NCBI RefSeq assembly: GCF_042654545.1
Contig: NZ_JBHSGN010000063.1
Span: 44,477 to 76,476, forward strand
Direction of reading: 5' to 3'
DNA: 32,000 nucleotides
From: Dysgonomonas termitidis
GTDB lineage: Bacteria > Bacteroidota > Bacteroidia > Bacteroidales > Dysgonomonadaceae
The notes below the pieces were generated by a model. It made no database searches. It saw only the letters and a program-made list of their open reading frames with translations, and was not told where the DNA came from. Below, piece by piece: positions 28,731 through 32,000 of this stretch. Position numbers and translations under genes: made by a program. Within the stretch, counting starts at the first letter, position 1. Every line of letters begins with the position of its first letter.

Positions 28731-30404
28731 TTATTCAGATTTCCTGTTTATTGTTCCTATTTTCAAGACCATTTCTTCAAACTCGTCACGATTGGAAGCG
28801 GCCTTGTTTCTCATCTTTGTCCGGTAATTATAAATTGTGCTCATAGAACAACGTAAGAATCCTGCTATTTTACTGCTGTCTGTTATTCCTAACCGTAACA
28901 ATGCATAGATTCGGAGCTCTTTATTTAACAGATCTTCCGTTTTAAGTGTAATTTGTTCTTCTTTGGCTAAAAGGGAATTGAACTCGGAAACAAATGTCGG
29001 ATATAGGCTTAAAAAAGTATTATCGAAATGTGCATATAATTCATCCAGCTCTTTATCTACGGCCGTAGTGGATTTTAATTTTTTTATCAGTTCTTCGTAA
29101 TGCCTGTTTATGCCTAATTTGTAAAGGGTTTTACGATGATCCTCCATTTTGTCGATATAGTTCGAGCAGAGATCCAGAAATTGGGCGATATACTGTTCCT
29201 TGATTTGGTTTGACTCCCATAGCTGCTCATTCCGCTCGTTCAGCAGGTTATTGGTTCCATTGATATCTTCATTCAAAGCAATCAGTTTTTTGTTGGTTCC
29301 GGACAGTTCTTCCTTGATACGGGATAATTTTTTCATTTGCTTATAGATATACGTAACCAATAAAATCAGGAACAGGGATAGTAAACTTATCAAAACGAGG
29401 TAAGTTTTTAATTTACTGTTTGTCTTTGCCTCCTTAGCCTGATACGAGGCATTGATGATCGAATAGAACTTTGACATTTCAGCGGTACGGAATTGAACCC
29501 CCGAAAATACGGCATCTTCGATAGCGGATTGTGTATATTTGAAAGCCTTGGAGATATCGTCACTGTTATAATATATTACTGCCAGGCGCTGGAAAGAAGC
29601 GTTTTCCTTGATCGAATTTTTTATATCGGCGATGGCCGACATGGTATAATATTTCTTTTCCAGTTCGGCATTGCCTTTCATGCCGTTTATTGCTCCAAGA
29701 TAATGAGTAATCAAGGCATATTCGGGAGTGTCGATATCTTCGGTATTGAGTAGATCATTCAGCAATTCCAATGCTTTTTCCGTATTACGCAAAGTGATAT
29801 ATCTGTGAGCAATATTGATTTTATATAGAAAAGAAGATTGGTCTAAAACACTTAATAACGAATCTCTGTACATTTCAACCTGATGATAGTATTTGCTTTG
29901 GTTGCTTGTAGCCCCGTAGTGTTCGTAAAAACGGGAATAAGTCTCATAATAATCCGCTAAAAGTTCCTTAGGGAGTTTACGGGAATCGAGACTTGTCAGT
30001 ATTTTTTCCGATTCGAGCAATCTTCCGGCATAAGAATAAACATTGGCAAGATTAATATCTGAATTATATTTCAGATTCTGGCTATCCAGCGATTTTGCTA
30101 TCTGTACGTTTCTTTCCGCATAATGTATTGCCGAATCCAGTTTAAATTTCTTATATTCGCTATATAGCTTGAGGTTTATTTCATATTCATATTCCAATGA
30201 AGGAGCTTTCTTTTCCAATAGCTTTTTCAGGCTATAGATTCCTTTTTCCTTCTGCTCTGTAAACTGTTCCTTGTTATTGATTATATGATCCAGATAATCG
30301 GACATGGACTTAAGGTCATCTTCTCCATATAATGAAATAGAAAAAATGAAGAAGAAAAGAGATATAATATAATACTTTTGGCGTATGCTTCTTTTGTTTT
30401 TCAT
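28731..30404 (-). CDS. DUF6377-like single-pass regulator: N-terminal anchor/signal, extracytoplasmic TPR-like region, TM helix, coiled coil, C-terminal HTH
   Basis: 557 aa. N-terminal hydrophobic segment YYIISLFFFIFSISLYG. About 300 aa of helical-repeat sequence follow. Internal TM segment TYLVLISLLSLFLILLVTYIY. Coiled-coil-like stretch KKLSRIKEELSGTNKKLIALNEDINGTNNLLNERNEQL. C-terminal HTH-like ELRIYALLRLGITDSSKIAGFLRCSMSTIYNYRTKMRNK. The family name is from recollection. Confidence 0.65.
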   Translation of the reverse strand: MKNKRSIRQKYYIISLFFFIFSISLYGEDDLKSMSDYLDHIINNKEQFTEQKEKGIYSLKKLLEKKAPSLEYEYEINLKLYSEYKKFKLDSAIHYAERNVQIAKSLDSQNLKYNSDINLANVYSYAGRLLESEKILTSLDSRKLPKELLADYYETYSRFYEHYGATSNQSKYYHQVEMYRDSLLSVLDQSSFLYKINIAHRYITLRNTEKALELLNDLLNTEDIDTPEYALITHYLGAINGMKGNAELEKKYYTMSAIADIKNSIKENASFQRLAVIYYNSDDISKAFKYTQSAIEDAVFSGVQFRTAEMSKFYSIINASYQAKEAKTNSKLKTYLVLISLLSLFLILLVTYIYKQMKKLSRIKEELSGTNKKLIALNEDINGTNNLLNERNEQLWESNQIKEQYIAQFLDLCSNYIDKMEDHRKTLYKLGINRHYEELIKKLKSTTAVDKELDELYAHFDNTFLSLYPTFVSEFNSLLAKEEQITLKTEDLLNKELRIYALLRLGITDSSKIAGFLRCSMSTIYNYRTKMRNKAASNRDEFEEMVLKIGTINRKSE

Positions 30405-30530
30405 GGTTCTTTACAACCTTGTTGCGGTGCCCATTTATTTGTTGAAATACAAATGTATCTGATTATATTTAGATGGAAAATGATATAGGGTAATTTTTGT
30501 ATTTATTCACATAGTGCATCCTGTTTTTGT

Positions 30531-30570
30531 AAAACAATCCTGTCCTTATCATGAAGGACAGGATTGTTTT
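30531..30570 (-). terminator. Perfect 17-bp hairpin (intrinsic-terminator-like) after the truncated upstream gene
   Basis: aaaacaatcctgtcctt (30531-30547), loop atcatg, aaggacaggattgtttt (30554-30570). The arms end in A4/T4, so a U-run is available on either strand. It lies 39 nt downstream of the stop at 30609 on the minus strand. Confidence 0.65.
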
Positions 30571-30608
30571 CTTTGGTTTAATTGGTATTATCCGTATTGA
30601 AGGCAAAC

Positions 30609-32000
30609 TTATCTTACAACAGACGATAATACCTGTTTCATAAAGTTTTTATCCGCAGAATCGAAGCGGATATTTGCCTTTAGCTGGAAATTATTCTTTG
30701 GATTCACGAGCTTTATCACCATATGGTTCCAACCCTTATCCAGCATGATATTAGGAATTCTGTTCTCGTCTTTCCCCGCAATTTCCATTGAAGCTATCTG
30801 ATGATTATTAAGGTAGACGGTTATACCGCCTTCCAATACTGAATACATATCCAGGCTGGGCATATCCGGCTCGGCCAGTAAATTGCTCAGAGAGCGCGGG
30901 CTATATATCCAAAAGCTCATATAGGCCACAGGTACCCGGTCTCTTTCGGGTCTGGCTAAGGTGAAAACTCCGTTATTGTCACTGGTGGTTACTATCCAAC
31001 TCTCATTGCCGGAGATGGTCTTTAATTGCGGAACAATAGAAGATTCGCCATCTATAAAATCGGTAGATAATAACTTGTCGACACTCTGAGTGTTTTTACT
31101 TAAAGGGCCTAGCAATAATGCCCTGTGTAATTTGGCGCCGGCATCGAGAGCCTGCATATCCTTTATATTATCGTTCGATATAGTGGCTCCCAGATTGGAT
31201 AATATTTTTGTCAACAAAGAGGTTGTTTCTGTTGAGATTTCACTGAGATCCAACGAAGAAATGATAATCTCTGCATTTCCTGATTTTATGGAAGCGATTA
31301 CTATATCTGAGCCTTTTGCTTCACGTTCGCTGCGAAAAACATTTCCCGTCTTGGATGTTTCAGGACGGTAGTTCCAACGCTGCCAGTCTGTGTTGCATGC
31401 TCTCAGTATAACATCTGCTTTCATCGCAAAATCACCCGATAGCCCATAGTGCATGGCTGTTCCGCCGCGCTGAATCAGTTCCGAAAAATAAAAATCGGAA
31501 TGATTCAGTCCTTGCAGGAGTAAAGGTTCCCCCTCTTTCAGGAATGATGTAGCCTCTCTTTCTTCTAATGCGACAGCGTATGGCATAATTTTATTAATAA
31601 AGTCCGCCGACTGCCTGTTAACACCCATTACAAATATCTTTGCCCCGGCTTCTATAGCTTTCTGTATTTTGGTTAACTGGCTTTGAGTATTGTCCATCAG
31701 ATTGTTGCCATCGATAATAATGAGGCTCTTGTTCGTTACTTTCCCGTCCGAGAGAACTTTTAAACCAATGTTTTCCAAATTTTCCTTCAACCTGGAGTTT
31801 TGGCCTGTGTATAAGATAATCGCATCTACAGGACTTACTGTATTTTCACTTTCGGCCGTATCTTTTATTTTTCCGCTATAAGGAAGTATAGGTGTGGCAT
31901 TTGCATTCCGCACGGCTTCGAATAGCGGCCATGTGCGGTACAGGGGTAACGAGGAGTCGTAACCCGGATTTAATGTGGTGGTATATGGCCCTAATCTTTC
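30609..32000 (-). CDS. 3' portion of a larger uncharacterised (probably glycan-associated) protein; 5' end lies outside the window
   Basis: The reading frame stays open from 31913 to the window edge. Upstream codons translate to ...ERLGPYTTTLNPGYDSSLPLYRTWPLFEAV with no stop, and the track start is an internal GTG. It contains a segment resembling a glutamine-amidotransferase-like or beta-galactosidase trimerisation-type alpha/beta domain (SLIIIDGNNL...AIEAGAKIFVMG). The C-terminus is a jelly-roll-like sugar-binding-type domain (VYLNNHQIASMEI...DKGWNHMVIKLVNP). Confidence 0.55.
   Translation of the reverse strand, partial: ERLGPYTTTLNPGYDSSLPLYRTWPLFEAVRNANATPILPYSGKIKDTAESENTVSPVDAIILYTGQNSRLKENLENIGLKVLSDGKVTNKSLIIIDGNNLMDNTQSQLTKIQKAIEAGAKIFVMGVNRQSADFINKIMPYAVALEEREATSFLKEGEPLLLQGLNHSDFYFSELIQRGGTAMHYGLSGDFAMKADVILRACNTDWQRWNYRPETSKTGNVFRSEREAKGSDIVIASIKSGNAEIIISSLDLSEISTETTSLLTKILSNLGATISNDNIKDMQALDAGAKLHRALLLGPLSKNTQSVDKLLSTDFIDGESSIVPQLKTISGNESWIVTTSDNNGVFTLARPERDRVPVAYMSFWIYSPRSLSNLLAEPDMPSLDMYSVLEGGITVYLNNHQIASMEIAGKDENRIPNIMLDKGWNHMVIKLVNPKNNFQLKANIRFDSADKNFMKQVLSSVVR

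Overview
AT-rich chromosomal segment with the gene content of a Bacteroidota (Bacteroidales-like) genome. I call 18 protein-coding genes. I found no rRNA or tRNA genes, no CRISPR array, and no transposase, integrase or phage genes. Left to right: (1) a SusC/SusD polysaccharide-utilisation locus whose SusC carries an N-terminal STN signalling domain, followed by a split LysO (DUF340) exporter pair, a LacZ-type GH2 beta-galactosidase and a GH63/GH37-like (alpha/alpha)6-barrel lipoprotein. (2) A 716-bp non-coding gap full of short tandem repeats. (3) A TonB-dependent receptor plus a probable DUF4374/XusB-like lipoprotein. (4) A minimal DEAD-box helicase. (5) A divergent trehalose pair: an OtsA-OtsB fusion and a GH15 enzyme. 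(6) A second TonB-dependent siderophore-type receptor, translationally coupled to a PepSY-TM protein. (7) A minus-strand cluster of a DUF6377-type TPR/TM/HTH regulator, a Gfo/Idh/MocA oxidoreductase, an exported xylose-isomerase-like TIM-barrel protein and a DUF1080 + PHP-like fusion lipoprotein. (8) The 3' part of a large uncharacterised protein that runs off the window. Most of this is ordinary carbohydrate and iron-uptake metabolism, and I see no clear defence, toxin or mobile system. Three things deserve follow-up. First, the oxidoreductase/TIM-barrel/DUF1080-PHP module, a candidate non-hydrolytic 3-keto glycoside-cleavage variant with an unusual domain fusion and a localisation mismatch. 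Second, a bipartite motif with identical spacing upstream of both TonB-dependent receptors, which would link two half Xus-like loci. Third, the repeat-dense 716-bp non-coding region. All family assignments come from reading motifs by eye. No HMM or BLAST search was possible.
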